The notes beneath the pieces were generated by a model. It was not told where the DNA came from, did not search any database, and was given only the letters and a program-made list of their open reading frames with translations. A stretch of 64,000 nucleotides of DNA from positions 155 through 64,154 of the forward strand of contig CAMBPQ010000013.1 in assembly GCA_945869735.1 (NCBI GenBank). The letters are read 5' to 3'. Both the position numbers and the translations under genes were made by a program. Shown here piece by piece: positions 42,922-53,381 of this stretch; positions within the stretch are counted from its first letter, which is position 1, and each line of letters opens with the position of its first letter. Source of the stretch: Planctomicrobium piriforme (GTDB taxonomy: Bacteria > Planctomycetota > Planctomycetia > Pirellulales > UBA1268).

Positions 42922-44436
42922 GTGCGACCGTTTGGAGCCGCTGTGGGGGCGTGCGCTGCCGCGCTCTTCGCGTGGATCGGGGCTCCGTGCGCCGCTGCGG
43001 AACCACTGCCGGCCCCGTGCGTGGTCCGTTCGCCCGACATCGCCCTTCCCGGGGTGTCCGGCATTCCCAGCATGCCCGGCGACGCAACCGTCTACGCGGG
43101 AATGCGGCCTCAGGCCTCGGCAACGGGCCTCAGTGTCGCCTCGTGCGGCACCGTGTCGTGCCATGGAGGGCCGAAGGACGGCAACCGCGAGGTGCAGTCG
43201 TTCGCCTTCACGATCTGGATGAACGACGATCCGCATGCGCGGGCCTACGAGGTGCTGCATGAGCCACGTTCGCAGCGAATGGCGCGGTCGCTTGGCCTGG
43301 GAGAGGCCCACCGCGCCCAGCAATGTCTGGCGTGTCATTCCATGCAGAGCGAGAGCCGTCAGCCCCTCCCGCCGGAGGTGCTTGCCGACGGGGTTGGCTG
43401 TGGTTCCTGTCACGGTGATTCCTCAGCGTGGCAGCAGATTCATTATCTCCCCGAATGGAAGCGGCTTTCGACGACCCAGCGCGAGTCGCTTGGGTATCGC
43501 GATCTGAGCACTGTGCCGACCCGCGTTCAAAACTGTATCCCCTGCCATGTGGGTGATGGATCGCAGGAGGTGAACCACGACTTGATCGCGGCCGGCCACC
43601 CCCGGCTCTTCTTCGAGTTCGCCGCCTACCAGCAGCTCTGGCCCCGACACTGGACTCCCGCCGGAAAGGCCGAGTCGCAGGTCGACTTCGCAGAGCGCTC
43701 GTGGGCGGTTGGACAGGCTGCGACCCTCGAAGCGGTGGCCGCGCTCCTGGCAGTCCGCGTCGAGCGGGCGTCTTCCGACATCGCGGCCGCGCGGCCCCAC
43801 CGCTGGCCGGAACTGTCCGAGTTCGACTGTTATGCCTGCCATCAGGCCCTGGGACCGCGGTCGTTCACGGCGGGGCATCCTGCCCGCTTTCAAAACCCCT
43901 TCCCGGGGCAGCCGTCGTGGCAGCCGTGGTATGTCTCTGCCGGTCGGCTCCTCGAGGCCGTGGCTTCGCATTCGGAGCCAGGCAGGCCAGGGGTTGGAAC
44001 GACCACCGTCGATATCCGAAAAGTATTCGAGCCTGAATGGTTCATCGCCGACAAGGAGCGTCTCGACCGCGTGCTCCTGGAGGCGCGGGGGCTCTCGCGG
44101 GCGGCGGGGGCTTCCACCCGCGAACTCGCGGCCCGGGAGCGGATCGTCCTCGATGCCTCCCACCAGCGGCTCGATGCCCTGCTTGCCGACGCGCCGCCGG
44201 AGTGGCGGTTTTGGGATGCGGCGGTGCAGACGCTGCTCGTGATAGAGGCGGCAGGCGGTGGGCGTGCGACGGGCGGCCGGCAAGCGGCGGCCACGGGGCA
44301 AACGCGTCGGGCGATCGACGAGCTTCGCGAAAGTCTGCAGTTTCCGCCTGGCGCCGACAGCCCTCGGCGGTTCGACCCAGTACGTTTCAACCTCGATCGG
44401 GCCGCAGTACCATTGACGTCTGACGTGCAGCCGTGA
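42922..44436 (+). CDS. Multiheme cytochrome c (c554-like, 5 heme motifs)
   Basis: CGTVSCH, CLACH, CGSCH, CIPCH, CYACH; HDLIAAGHP; signal peptide; start approximate. Confidence 0.88.
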   Translation: MRPFGAAVGACAAALFAWIGAPCAAAEPLPAPCVVRSPDIALPGVSGIPSMPGDATVYAGMRPQASATGLSVASCGTVSCHGGPKDGNREVQSFAFTIWMNDDPHARAYEVLHEPRSQRMARSLGLGEAHRAQQCLACHSMQSESRQPLPPEVLADGVGCGSCHGDSSAWQQIHYLPEWKRLSTTQRESLGYRDLSTVPTRVQNCIPCHVGDGSQEVNHDLIAAGHPRLFFEFAAYQQLWPRHWTPAGKAESQVDFAERSWAVGQAATLEAVAALLAVRVERASSDIAAARPHRWPELSEFDCYACHQALGPRSFTAGHPARFQNPFPGQPSWQPWYVSAGRLLEAVASHSEPGRPGVGTTTVDIRKVFEPEWFIADKERLDRVLLEARGLSRAAGASTRELAARERIVLDASHQRLDALLADAPPEWRFWDAAVQTLLVIEAAGGGRATGGRQAAATGQTRRAIDELRESLQFPPGADSPRRFDPVRFNLDRAAVPLTSDVQP

Positions 44437-45983
44437 GCGTTGCGTGTGACCATCGGCGAGTTGGCAACATGAGCAGCACGGGCAGGTCCATTCCTGCGAC
44501 CATTGCCGCGGTCGTCGTCCTCCTGGGGGGCGTGTCCCGAGGTTTCAGCGCGGCCCCGGACGCACAGCCACTGCGGTCCCCGGCGTTTCGCTTGAAGGGC
44601 ACCGATCGCTGCGTGAAGTGCCACCGCAGCGAACAGGGTGACTGGTGCGACGTCGCGACGACGTCAGCCTGGCGGCACGACGCTCATTCACGGGCCCATC
44701 TCGCCCTATCACCGGACAACGAGCGCACGCGAGCGATGGAGCAGGCGCTCGGCATCAAGGCGGCGGAGACGGCCAGTTGCATCGCCTGCCACACGCATTC
44801 GATTGACGAGCCGCCGATCGAAGAAGAGACCAATGTGCTCCACGCCGGGATCAGCTGCGAGACCTGCCACGGCGCGGGCTCCGGGTATCTGGAGCCACAC
44901 CTGGAGAAGTCGTGGCGGTTTCTGTCGTCGGCCGAGAAGCAGGCATTTGGGATGCACGATCTCCGCAACCCGATCGCAAAGGCGCAAAACTGCCTGTCGT
45001 GCCATCTGGGAGAGGTCGCGACCGGCCGCATCATTACGCACCAGATGTATGCCGCCGGTCATCCGCCGCTGCCGGCCTTCGAGATGGAGGCCTTCAGCGC
45101 GGGCATGGGCCCACACTGGAAACGCGTCTGGGAGAAGTCGCCAAAAATCCAGCAGCTGGCGGCCGAAGCGCACTATGAGACCGAGGGGGCCAGCGAACTC
45201 GAGCGGTCGTTGGTCGGGGCGCTGGTGGCGCTTCGTGAGACGGCCCGTCTGGTAAACGACTACGCGAACGTGACGGAAAATGATGCCAAGGATCATCCTT
45301 GGCCGGAACTGGCCCTCTATGACTGCCAGGCCTGCCACCACGAACTGGCCGTGCCGAGTTGGCGGCAGGAGGTAGGGTATGGCCGGCTGGTGCCGGGACG
45401 GCCGTCGCTCGTCCGCTGGCCGCGCCGACTGGCGGCGGTCGCCTTCGCAGAGGCAGGCCTGCCGATAGACGTCGATGCCCTGCTCGAGCCGTTCGTCGCT
45501 GTGCTTAACCGCAGGCCGTTCGGTACTGCCGATGGACTGCGGCAGGCGGCCGACGCCGGAGCAGAGTCGTTCGCGCAGATCGACCGCGCGATCGAGGTGC
45601 TCACCCGCTGGCAGCGCGACGACACGCTGGCTGCACGGGAGCAGGCGGCGACCACACGCATTGCCGCCGCCGGCCGGGCAGTTGGCGACTTCGATTCAGC
45701 GAGGATACTCGCCTGGGCATTGACGCACGGGCTTGCCAACGCCGACGCCTGGCCGCAGGACATGCGGTCAGAGAAGATTGCCGAACTCTCGCGGCTGCTC
45801 TTGCTCGGATTTCCCACGCCGGCGTATCCGGTTCCACCGTCTCCTGAGAAACCCTTCTGGCAGACGTCGCTCACCGCCGCACCAGACGCCGACATCGCTC
45901 GGGTGCGGAAGGCGTTTGAACTTCCGCCTGCCGAGAAGCCGGCTCCCGGTATCGAGGTCATTCCGCCGCCCGTGGCACGCTGA
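44433..45983 (+). CDS. Multiheme cytochrome c (c554-like, 5 heme motifs)
   Basis: CVKCH, CIACH, CETCH, CLSCH, CQACH; HQMYAAGHP; GTGA overlap with the upstream gene (alternative ATG at 44469). Confidence 0.88.
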   Translation: MSVACDHRRVGNMSSTGRSIPATIAAVVVLLGGVSRGFSAAPDAQPLRSPAFRLKGTDRCVKCHRSEQGDWCDVATTSAWRHDAHSRAHLALSPDNERTRAMEQALGIKAAETASCIACHTHSIDEPPIEEETNVLHAGISCETCHGAGSGYLEPHLEKSWRFLSSAEKQAFGMHDLRNPIAKAQNCLSCHLGEVATGRIITHQMYAAGHPPLPAFEMEAFSAGMGPHWKRVWEKSPKIQQLAAEAHYETEGASELERSLVGALVALRETARLVNDYANVTENDAKDHPWPELALYDCQACHHELAVPSWRQEVGYGRLVPGRPSLVRWPRRLAAVAFAEAGLPIDVDALLEPFVAVLNRRPFGTADGLRQAADAGAESFAQIDRAIEVLTRWQRDDTLAAREQAATTRIAAAGRAVGDFDSARILAWALTHGLANADAWPQDMRSEKIAELSRLLLLGFPTPAYPVPPSPEKPFWQTSLTAAPDADIARVRKAFELPPAEKPAPGIEVIPPPVAR

Positions 45984-46096
45984 GCGCGAGGGCGGTCGAC
46001 GTTGGTGAGATGCAGCGTGAGATGCGCTGCTCGATCCGCGGCAAAAACGTCACCTTTCCCAACGACACGAAAGGCCAAGCAGGTGGTCGCGGGCCG

Positions 46097-47209
46097 TCAG
46101 GCAGCGCGGGTGACGCGAGCGACTTCGTCCCGGTCTTCTTCGAGATGGCGACGCAGTCGGTCGAGCTCGGCTGCTGCTGGACGCAGGCCCGCGCTGAGCT
46201 TCGCGAGCAGCTCTATGTCGTAATACCGCAGGGCGTTGCAGAGCACGTAGACCTCGTGCAGAAGGTCGGGCGTGCCCGCCGGCGACGTGATGTCGCAGAT
46301 GTTGTCGGAGCCAAGCCGTACGTGGATGCCCGCATCGAGCATCTCCAACACCCGGGCGATCGAGTTGAACGTGGGTGTAGCCACCGTGCGGTATTGCCGC
46401 ATGCTGATCGCCGCCGACGGGCAGCAGATCACGCCGAGGTTGAGCGCCGCAATGCCGTCGAGCAGCTGGGCGAACCGTCGCTCGTCGTAGGTGGAAGGGG
46501 AGATCATGTGCACGAGCCAGATCCGCGGCGGCTCAAAGCGGCTCGTGCCCAGTTCGAGTTCGTCCACGATCCGCACCACCGTCTCAGTCGCCGTCTCCGC
46601 CGGATGATTCATCTGATCGACGTGGATATGCAGTTCCTTACCCATTTCGGCGGCCAGGAGGAGCGCGCGGCGGCAGCACACCTCGAAGCCCACGTGCTCG
46701 GGATAGCGGCGGCGGTCGTCCCGCTCCGGCAGGAGCCCGATGAAGTCAGCCAGCCGCGCCCCTTCCTTTAGCACGCTCCAACGGTGCGGCTCGTCGTCGC
46801 GAAAGCCGAGCGGCGAATAAGCGCCCAAGGCGAGGTCGAGCGAGCCGCGGCGGGCGTCGCGAATGCGAAGCAGCGATTCGAGCGCGGCGAGCCCCACGCA
46901 ATCGGCGGTTGTATCGACGACGGTCGCGGCCCGCGTCGTGCCGGCCTCCATCATCTGATCAAGGAACCACTCCACGCGGCTCGTCAGGTTTTCAGGCTCG
47001 TAGCAAGGGCTCGCGTGGATCGCCGGGATGAGCGAGTGTTTCGCAGCCAGCGACAGCCTTGATTCGAGCCCCCGATCCCGCTCCGCGAGCAGCTTGCGCG
47101 TGGCGTCGAGCGTGCCGGACCGGTCGAGGTGCAGATGGGCGTTGTAGAGCCCACCGAGTTCCATCGCCCGGGCATGCAATTGCTTGAAGAACGGGGTCAC
47201 GCAACGCAT
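46097..47209 (-). CDS. Metal-dependent amidohydrolase (cytosine-deaminase-like)
   Basis: NAHLHLD, HIHVDQ, LVHMIS, ICCPSA, LGSDNI. Confidence 0.8.
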   Translation of the reverse strand: MRCVTPFFKQLHARAMELGGLYNAHLHLDRSGTLDATRKLLAERDRGLESRLSLAAKHSLIPAIHASPCYEPENLTSRVEWFLDQMMEAGTTRAATVVDTTADCVGLAALESLLRIRDARRGSLDLALGAYSPLGFRDDEPHRWSVLKEGARLADFIGLLPERDDRRRYPEHVGFEVCCRRALLLAAEMGKELHIHVDQMNHPAETATETVVRIVDELELGTSRFEPPRIWLVHMISPSTYDERRFAQLLDGIAALNLGVICCPSAAISMRQYRTVATPTFNSIARVLEMLDAGIHVRLGSDNICDITSPAGTPDLLHEVYVLCNALRYYDIELLAKLSAGLRPAAAELDRLRRHLEEDRDEVARVTRAA

Positions 47210-47268
47210 GGCTGGGGCCTCAGGAATGAGCGTGTGGGTGTGGTGCGACAGGCGGCGGCCGCTTGCGA

Positions 47269-48336
47269 TCAGGCGGCCCGCTTCCGCTCTATACAAGGCA
47301 TTGCGATTGGAATCCCGGCCGATTCGTCGGGCTCCGCGAGCGGAAATGCGTAGAGCGTCGATTCCGCGCCGCAGAGCGCCTGGATCCGGCCCACCGCCCA
47401 GCCAAGCGAGCGGACGCCGATCGCAAGCGAGCCGAGGCCGAAGACGGGGATCACAAGCAGCAACAGCCCCAACACCGCCCGGACCACGCTCATCGCCGCC
47501 GTGGCGACCGCGACCCCAAACGAGATACTGTCGTGCTTCATCCGGAAATGCGTAATGGACTGTGAGGCGCCACGCCAGAGTTGGTAGCGGAGCGTGAGGC
47601 GACCGGGCGGAATCGTCTCGTGCACCATCGCATCGGCTGCCCACGAGCGGCGGCAGCCCGCGGTGGTGGCGGCCCGACAGAAGGCGGTGTCGGAGCCGCC
47701 AGTGAGCAGGAGCCGCTCGTCAAACCGCAGCCTACTCGCCGCCAGCCACCGCAGATCGCAGAGCCAGTTGTTCGTCACGATCGTGTAGCGGCCACCCGAG
47801 GCCGCGGCTCTGGCCGCGCCTGCGTATTTCCGCAGGGATCGGGATGCGAGACTCGCGTTGATGAGCCGCTGCCAGGGCGTTGCCGTCGAGGGCACGGGGG
47901 CGACCCCAACCGGGCCGCCCACGAGTTCGGCGCCCGACCACCGCCACTCGGCGACGAGGTTCACGAGCCAGTCCGACTCCGGCACTTCGTCGTCATCGAT
48001 GAAGCAGAGCGCGTCGGCGTTGCTCGCAAGGGCTTCGCGGAGGGCGCGATTTCGTGCCACTGGGATGCCGACCCGCGGTTCGACCACGTACTGCGTGCCC
48101 GGAATGCGGTCGCAGTGGGCATCGACGGTCGCACGACCTGAGCCCTGGGCGTCGTTGTCAACCACGAGCAGTGTGACATCGGCGTCGGGAGGCAGTTCGA
48201 CCCGGGAATAGCCCTCGAGAAACTCGGCAAGTTCGCGGGATCGGCGGAACGTCAGCACCGCGACCATGATTGACTGCCGGCTGTCGCCATTCGGGCCCGG
48301 GGCGGAAACCACGCGAAGCGGAGGTCTGGGTGCCAT
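47269..48336 (-). CDS. GT2 glycosyltransferase (ExoM-like)
   Basis: VAVLTFRR, LVVDND, GIPVARN, FIDDDE, TGGSDT. Confidence 0.9.
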   Translation of the reverse strand: MAPRPPLRVVSAPGPNGDSRQSIMVAVLTFRRSRELAEFLEGYSRVELPPDADVTLLVVDNDAQGSGRATVDAHCDRIPGTQYVVEPRVGIPVARNRALREALASNADALCFIDDDEVPESDWLVNLVAEWRWSGAELVGGPVGVAPVPSTATPWQRLINASLASRSLRKYAGAARAAASGGRYTIVTNNWLCDLRWLAASRLRFDERLLLTGGSDTAFCRAATTAGCRRSWAADAMVHETIPPGRLTLRYQLWRGASQSITHFRMKHDSISFGVAVATAAMSVVRAVLGLLLLVIPVFGLGSLAIGVRSLGWAVGRIQALCGAESTLYAFPLAEPDESAGIPIAMPCIERKRAA

Positions 48337-48691
48337 GGGCAAAAGCCGTTGAGTCCGTGGTCCGAAGCTGGCGGGGGCAGTGCCCCCCCCGCCACGCCTT
48401 CAGGCGAAATAAGCATCGGCGGAATCGACACGACCGCTCCAATCGAACCGTGCACGGAATCGAGCATGGGCCCGAGCTCCTCGGTCTTGCACGTGGTGCC
48501 GGGGAGAAGAACGGGCGGCACTTTCGCAGAGGAACCTCCCCGGTTCGCCCAGCCTGTCTCGCCTGCCACGCCGCATGCCGGCGGGGCCACGGTTGACGTG
48601 CCCCCGCGTGGATCAGTATTTCTCGCGGCCACGGTGTACCGGCCACCGGCCGCGGGCTCGGGTCGCACGTTGTTCCGCCAGGACGCTCTCC

Positions 48692-49429
48692 ATGCGGTCG
48701 ATCAGGCAATTGTTGCAGTTGACGAGGCTGCGAACCGCTACGCCGCGGAAGGTTCACTTTCTGCACGTGGGAAAATGCGCCGGCACGGCGATCAAGGATC
48801 TTGCAACGCGGATCAACGCGCTGCCGAGCGGCCCGCGAATCCTCGCGCACGGGCACAGCAAGAAGCTCGCGGAACTGCCTTGCGATGCAACCTACTTCTT
48901 CTCGGTGCGGCATCCTGTCAGCCGGTTCGTGAGCGCGTTTTCCATGCGAAAGCGCAAGGAACAGCCGCGGCTCTATCGGGAGTGGACGGCAGGCGAGCAG
49001 GAGGCGTACGAGCTGTTTCCCGAAGCCAACGATTTGGCGGAGAGCCTGTTCGCCCCTGCGGCCGCGGGAAAGGCCGCCTTCGCAGCCATGCAAAGCATCG
49101 GCCACATGTCGTTTCAGCACGGCTTGTTCAAGGTCCGCGACGTCTTGTCCGCCCGTCCGCCGCTCTGCGTGCTTCGCCAGGAGAAGCTCGCCGCCGACGT
49201 GGCCCATCTGCTTCGGCTGCTGGGCGTTGACCAGGAGGTCGGACTGCCCGCCGACAGCACGCAGGCGCACCGGAACGACTATTCCCAGACGCCTCCTCTC
49301 AGCGGCAAGGCGATCGAGAACCTGACGGCGTGGTACGCGGTGGACATCGAGTATTACCGCCTGATCGACGCGTGGGTCGACGAGTCGCAGGGGCGGGATT
49401 CTTCCGTCTTCGAAAGGCAGACAGCGTGA
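48692..49429 (+). CDS. Sulfotransferase family protein
   Basis: FLHVGKCAGTAI (5'-PSB loop), VRHPVSRFVSAF (3'-PB), WYAVDIEYY. Confidence 0.82.
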   Translation: MRSIRQLLQLTRLRTATPRKVHFLHVGKCAGTAIKDLATRINALPSGPRILAHGHSKKLAELPCDATYFFSVRHPVSRFVSAFSMRKRKEQPRLYREWTAGEQEAYELFPEANDLAESLFAPAAAGKAAFAAMQSIGHMSFQHGLFKVRDVLSARPPLCVLRQEKLAADVAHLLRLLGVDQEVGLPADSTQAHRNDYSQTPPLSGKAIENLTAWYAVDIEYYRLIDAWVDESQGRDSSVFERQTA

Positions 49430-50601
49430 TCCACAAGACATTCGCGTCCCTTCGTGGCTGGCAGGATGCGTGGCACGCGCGGCGACTTCTCGCCGAGAAC
49501 TTCGCCCGGCGTCGCCATGCACCGCTGGCGATCGAGCAGCTCTTTCCGTCGGGCGGCACGCCGCGACGGATCCTGCTCCTGGTCGAGCGGGAGGAACTCT
49601 ACGGTCGGGCCTTCTTTCTCGAGAGCCTCGGCGGACAAATCGTCCGTGGGATTCCGCCGCAGACCCGGCCCGATGATGTCGCGATCTGCTTCGGTTACAC
49701 GGCCCTCGAGCGGCATGCGGCCCGTCTGCGGGCCAGCGGCGTCACGAACCTGCTGTTCATCGAAGCCGGCTTCCTCCGCGGGGTGCTGCTCGACAACTCC
49801 TGTTCGATCTATGACCAGGCCCTCTGCTTCTTCGTGGATGATCTTGGCTTTCACTTCGATCCCACGTCTGCCACGCGGCTGGAATGCCTACTGAACGATC
49901 CGCAGCTGAATCCGACGGCGGTCCAACTGGAGCGGGCCCGAACGCTGCGGACGCGGATCGTCGGGGCGCGGCTCACGAAATACAACGATCAGCCCATGGC
50001 GGTTCCGGTCGGGCCGAAGCGATCTCGCCGCGTGCTCGTCGTCGAGCAGGCCCGTAACGACTGGGCTGTGCTCAAGAGCGGTGGCAATCGCCGGTGTTTC
50101 GACTCGATCCTGCAGGCCGCGATCGACGAGAACCCGGATGCCGAGATAGTCGTGAAGGTGCATCCCGACTCGCTCGACGGTAAACGAGGCGGCCTGCGGC
50201 GATCGTACTTTGGCCGCCTGCAGGGAGGCGGCCGGGTCACGATCGTGAGGGAGAAGGTCAATCCGTTCGCGCTCCTGGAGAGTATCGACGCGGTGTATGT
50301 CTTCTCGTCGATGCTCGGCTTCGAAGCCGCTCTCATGGGGAAAGACGTGCACGTCTTCGGAAAGCCCTGCTACGCCGGCTGGGGCTTTACCCGGGATCGT
50401 CACGCCGTTCCCCGGCGCGACCGCCACCGCTCGCTCGATGAACTCGTGCACTTCATCTACTTCGCGTATCAACACCACAAGGATCTCGAGGGCCAGTGGT
50501 GCGAGCCCGAGGCTGCGGTCGACATACTCCTGGCATTGCGTGAGCGGTACATGGCGGAGGCGGAGGCAGTATCGCCGCGCCGCGCGTCGGAGGCTGCCTG
50601 A
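49426..50601 (+). CDS. KpsC/LipA-like capsule biosynthesis protein (single domain)
   Basis: IEAGFLR, LTKYN, VLVVEQ..ND, VKVHPD, SSMLGFEAALMGK..FGKPCYAGWG. Confidence 0.82.
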   Translation: MIHKTFASLRGWQDAWHARRLLAENFARRRHAPLAIEQLFPSGGTPRRILLLVEREELYGRAFFLESLGGQIVRGIPPQTRPDDVAICFGYTALERHAARLRASGVTNLLFIEAGFLRGVLLDNSCSIYDQALCFFVDDLGFHFDPTSATRLECLLNDPQLNPTAVQLERARTLRTRIVGARLTKYNDQPMAVPVGPKRSRRVLVVEQARNDWAVLKSGGNRRCFDSILQAAIDENPDAEIVVKVHPDSLDGKRGGLRRSYFGRLQGGGRVTIVREKVNPFALLESIDAVYVFSSMLGFEAALMGKDVHVFGKPCYAGWGFTRDRHAVPRRDRHRSLDELVHFIYFAYQHHKDLEGQWCEPEAAVDILLALRERYMAEAEAVSPRRASEAA

Positions 50602-50603
50602 CG

Positions 50604-53381
50604 ATGGATCGCTTCGTCGATATTCCGACACTGCTCGTGACGCGCGGCCGCACGCACGCCACGCGGTCGGCGATCGAGACCCCGGCGGGCGCCGTGCTGA
50701 CCTACGCCGAACTCACGGCCCGCGTGGCGGGCATCGCCACTGGCCTGGTGGCCGCGATGATTCGGTCGCGGCGGCGGCGACCGCGGATCGCGATCGTGAT
50801 GCCCAACGGCGCGGATCTGGCCGTGGCCCTGCTCGGCGTGACCGCCGTGGGCGAGGCAGTGCCCTTCAATCCGGCGAGCACGGCCTCCGAGCTCGACCTT
50901 TACTTTCGCAACACTGGCGTCGATGCGGTGCTCGTGCGGGCCGATGCCAACGGCGCGGCTGTCGCCGTGGCAGAGGCGAGCGGCCTGCCGCTCCTCCGGC
51001 TCACGCCTCGGCTCGAGATCGCGGGCTTCGAGCAGCCGGCGGCGGAGTTGCCGTCAGCCGCGGCCGATGACATCGCGCTCGTGCTGCTGACGTCGGGCTC
51101 CACCGGGCGGCCGAAGATCGTGCCGCTCACCCACCGTAATGTCTGCGTATCGGCCGGCGACGTGAGCCGGTCGATGCAGCTCACCGACCACGATTGCTGC
51201 CTCTGCATGTGGGAGCAGTATCATGTCGGGGGCCTCGTGGATCTGCTCCTCGCGCCGCTCTCGACCGGCGGCCAGGTGATCGTCACGGCGGGCTTCGACG
51301 CGGCAGAGTTTTTCAAGCTGTTGCACGCGAAGTCGCCCACCTGGTTTCAGGGCGTGCCCACGACGCTCAACGAACTTGTGCTCTCGGCCAGGCGGACCGG
51401 AGTGGTAACCAAGGCCAGCTCGCTCCGCCTCGTGCGGTCGGTGGCCGCCGCCCTGCCGCCGACGCTCATGCACGAGCTCGAGGCATCGTTCGGCGTGCCC
51501 GTGATCCAGACCTTCGGAATGACAGAGGCCGGCCCGCTGATCACCTCGACACCGCTACCGCCCGGGGAACGAGTGCCGGGCTCCGTGGGGGCGACGTGCG
51601 GGCCCGAGATCAGGATCGTGCCCGGGGCTGCGCCGACGCCTGGCGGTGTATTGGACGGTCAGCTCGTCGGCGAGGTGGCCATCCGCGGCCCGAATGTGTT
51701 TGCGGGCTACGAGAACGACGCCGAGGCGAACCAGAAGGCCTTTCGCGACGGCTGGTTCTTGACCGGCGACATGGGCTTTCTCGATGCCGCGGGCAATCTC
51801 CATCTTACGGGCCGGATCAAGCAGCTCATCAACCGGGGCGGCGAGAAGATCAACCCGCAGGAGGTGGACGACGCGCTTCTGTGCCATCCCGCGGTCGCCG
51901 AGGCGGCCACGGTGGCCGTTCCGCACAAGACCCTTGGCGAGGATGTCGCGGCTGCCGTCGTGCTCAAGAGCGCGACGACTGCGGACGACCTCCGCCGGTT
52001 TCTCGAGACACGGATCGCGGCCTTCAAGATTCCACGGCAACTGCTCGTGCTCGACAGACTGCCGCGGAATCCCGTCGGTAAGCTCGACAAGATCGCCATC
52101 TCCGGCGTGCTCGCCGCGGCCTGCGCCGAGACGGGCCACGTCGCGCCCCGCACACGGCTCGAAGCCCTGATCGCCGGCATCTGGGAGCAGGAGCTCGGCA
52201 TTCCCGCCGTTGGCGTGCACGACGACTTCGCCACGATCGGGGGGGATTCGCTGAGCAGCGTGCGGATTCTCCTGGCGGTCGAGCAGGCGGTCGGTAGCCG
52301 GGTTCCCCAGGCGGCGTTTGCCCACGCCTCGACGATCGCGACGATCGCCGCGAAACTCGGGGCGGCTGGCGTGAAGGCTCCCGGTCTCGACGGCCAGGCG
52401 ATCGAGGCGGTGCTTTCCGCGGCGCGGACGGGCACCGAATGCCTCGGCTCATCGCCCGGCGAGGCGAGCATGCGGCTTGAAAAGGCCGCATCGACGGGAG
52501 ACCTGACGAGCGTTCACGACTCGATGTCGCTCTACGCCACGCCGGCGGAGCTCAAACAGCTCCTGCACGATACCCGGCGGACTCGGCCCGCGAGGTCTTC
52601 ACCGGATGTCGGCTTACGCGACGCCTGCAAGCTCTGGCAGCAGCACGCCCGCTGGCGCCGGGATGTGCTGCGGGAGATCACGGCAGCGGCTACGGCCGAT
52701 GCCTGGCGGCGGGAGAGCCTGGGCCGGTCGGTGTTTCATTACTCGGCCGCCGGCGGCCCCGAGGCGAAGACGCTCGTGGTGGGCTTCGGGGGCAACTACC
52801 TGCGACTGATGGTGCCAGCGCATCGCATCCTGACGCACCTCGATCCGCAGCGAGTGGATCTCCTGCTGCTTGCCGACGAGCGGCGGTCGCTCTTTGTGCA
52901 TGGCATCGACGGGATCGCCGGCAGCCTCGCCGACCTGTGCGACCACGTGGATCGGTTCGCGTCGGCCAGGGGCTACGCACGGGTGGTTGCGCTGGGCACC
53001 AGCAGCGGCGGTCCACCGGCCATCTACGCCGCGATTCGCCAAGGCTGGGACAAGGCGGTCGCCGTGGGGCCGGGGAGCCCGGCTCGTCATCCCGACATGG
53101 CTGTCGCCCTCCAGTCGGTCGTGCCGCTGCAGGCCACGAGGCCGACGGAGATCGTCATCGTCACGTCGGCCAACGTCCGCGACACCGACGCCGCCCACCA
53201 ACTCCGCAGCCTGTTCCCGAGCATCGTGCTGGAACGAGACGATCGATTCGACAACCACAACCTCCTGCACGACCTGCAGAGAATGGGGGAACTGCGGTCG
53301 TTTCTCACCCGCGCGGTGCATGGGCCGCGTGTGGCCGACCACCCGGGAGCAGCGCGAGCATCGGCTCGCCCGGCGGCATGA
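50604..53381 (+). CDS. Adenylation domain + carrier protein + alpha/beta-hydrolase-like (NRPS-like A-T-TE) protein
   Basis: LLTSGSTGRPK, FGMTEA, TGDMG, GRIKQLINRGGEKI, PRNPVGKLDK; GGDSL (phosphopantetheine Ser); C-terminal GTSSGG. Confidence 0.85.
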   Translation: MDRFVDIPTLLVTRGRTHATRSAIETPAGAVLTYAELTARVAGIATGLVAAMIRSRRRRPRIAIVMPNGADLAVALLGVTAVGEAVPFNPASTASELDLYFRNTGVDAVLVRADANGAAVAVAEASGLPLLRLTPRLEIAGFEQPAAELPSAAADDIALVLLTSGSTGRPKIVPLTHRNVCVSAGDVSRSMQLTDHDCCLCMWEQYHVGGLVDLLLAPLSTGGQVIVTAGFDAAEFFKLLHAKSPTWFQGVPTTLNELVLSARRTGVVTKASSLRLVRSVAAALPPTLMHELEASFGVPVIQTFGMTEAGPLITSTPLPPGERVPGSVGATCGPEIRIVPGAAPTPGGVLDGQLVGEVAIRGPNVFAGYENDAEANQKAFRDGWFLTGDMGFLDAAGNLHLTGRIKQLINRGGEKINPQEVDDALLCHPAVAEAATVAVPHKTLGEDVAAAVVLKSATTADDLRRFLETRIAAFKIPRQLLVLDRLPRNPVGKLDKIAISGVLAAACAETGHVAPRTRLEALIAGIWEQELGIPAVGVHDDFATIGGDSLSSVRILLAVEQAVGSRVPQAAFAHASTIATIAAKLGAAGVKAPGLDGQAIEAVLSAARTGTECLGSSPGEASMRLEKAASTGDLTSVHDSMSLYATPAELKQLLHDTRRTRPARSSPDVGLRDACKLWQQHARWRRDVLREITAAATADAWRRESLGRSVFHYSAAGGPEAKTLVVGFGGNYLRLMVPAHRILTHLDPQRVDLLLLADERRSLFVHGIDGIAGSLADLCDHVDRFASARGYARVVALGTSSGGPPAIYAAIRQGWDKAVAVGPGSPARHPDMAVALQSVVPLQATRPTEIVIVTSANVRDTDAAHQLRSLFPSIVLERDDRFDNHNLLHDLQRMGELRSFLTRAVHGPRVADHPGAARASARPAA

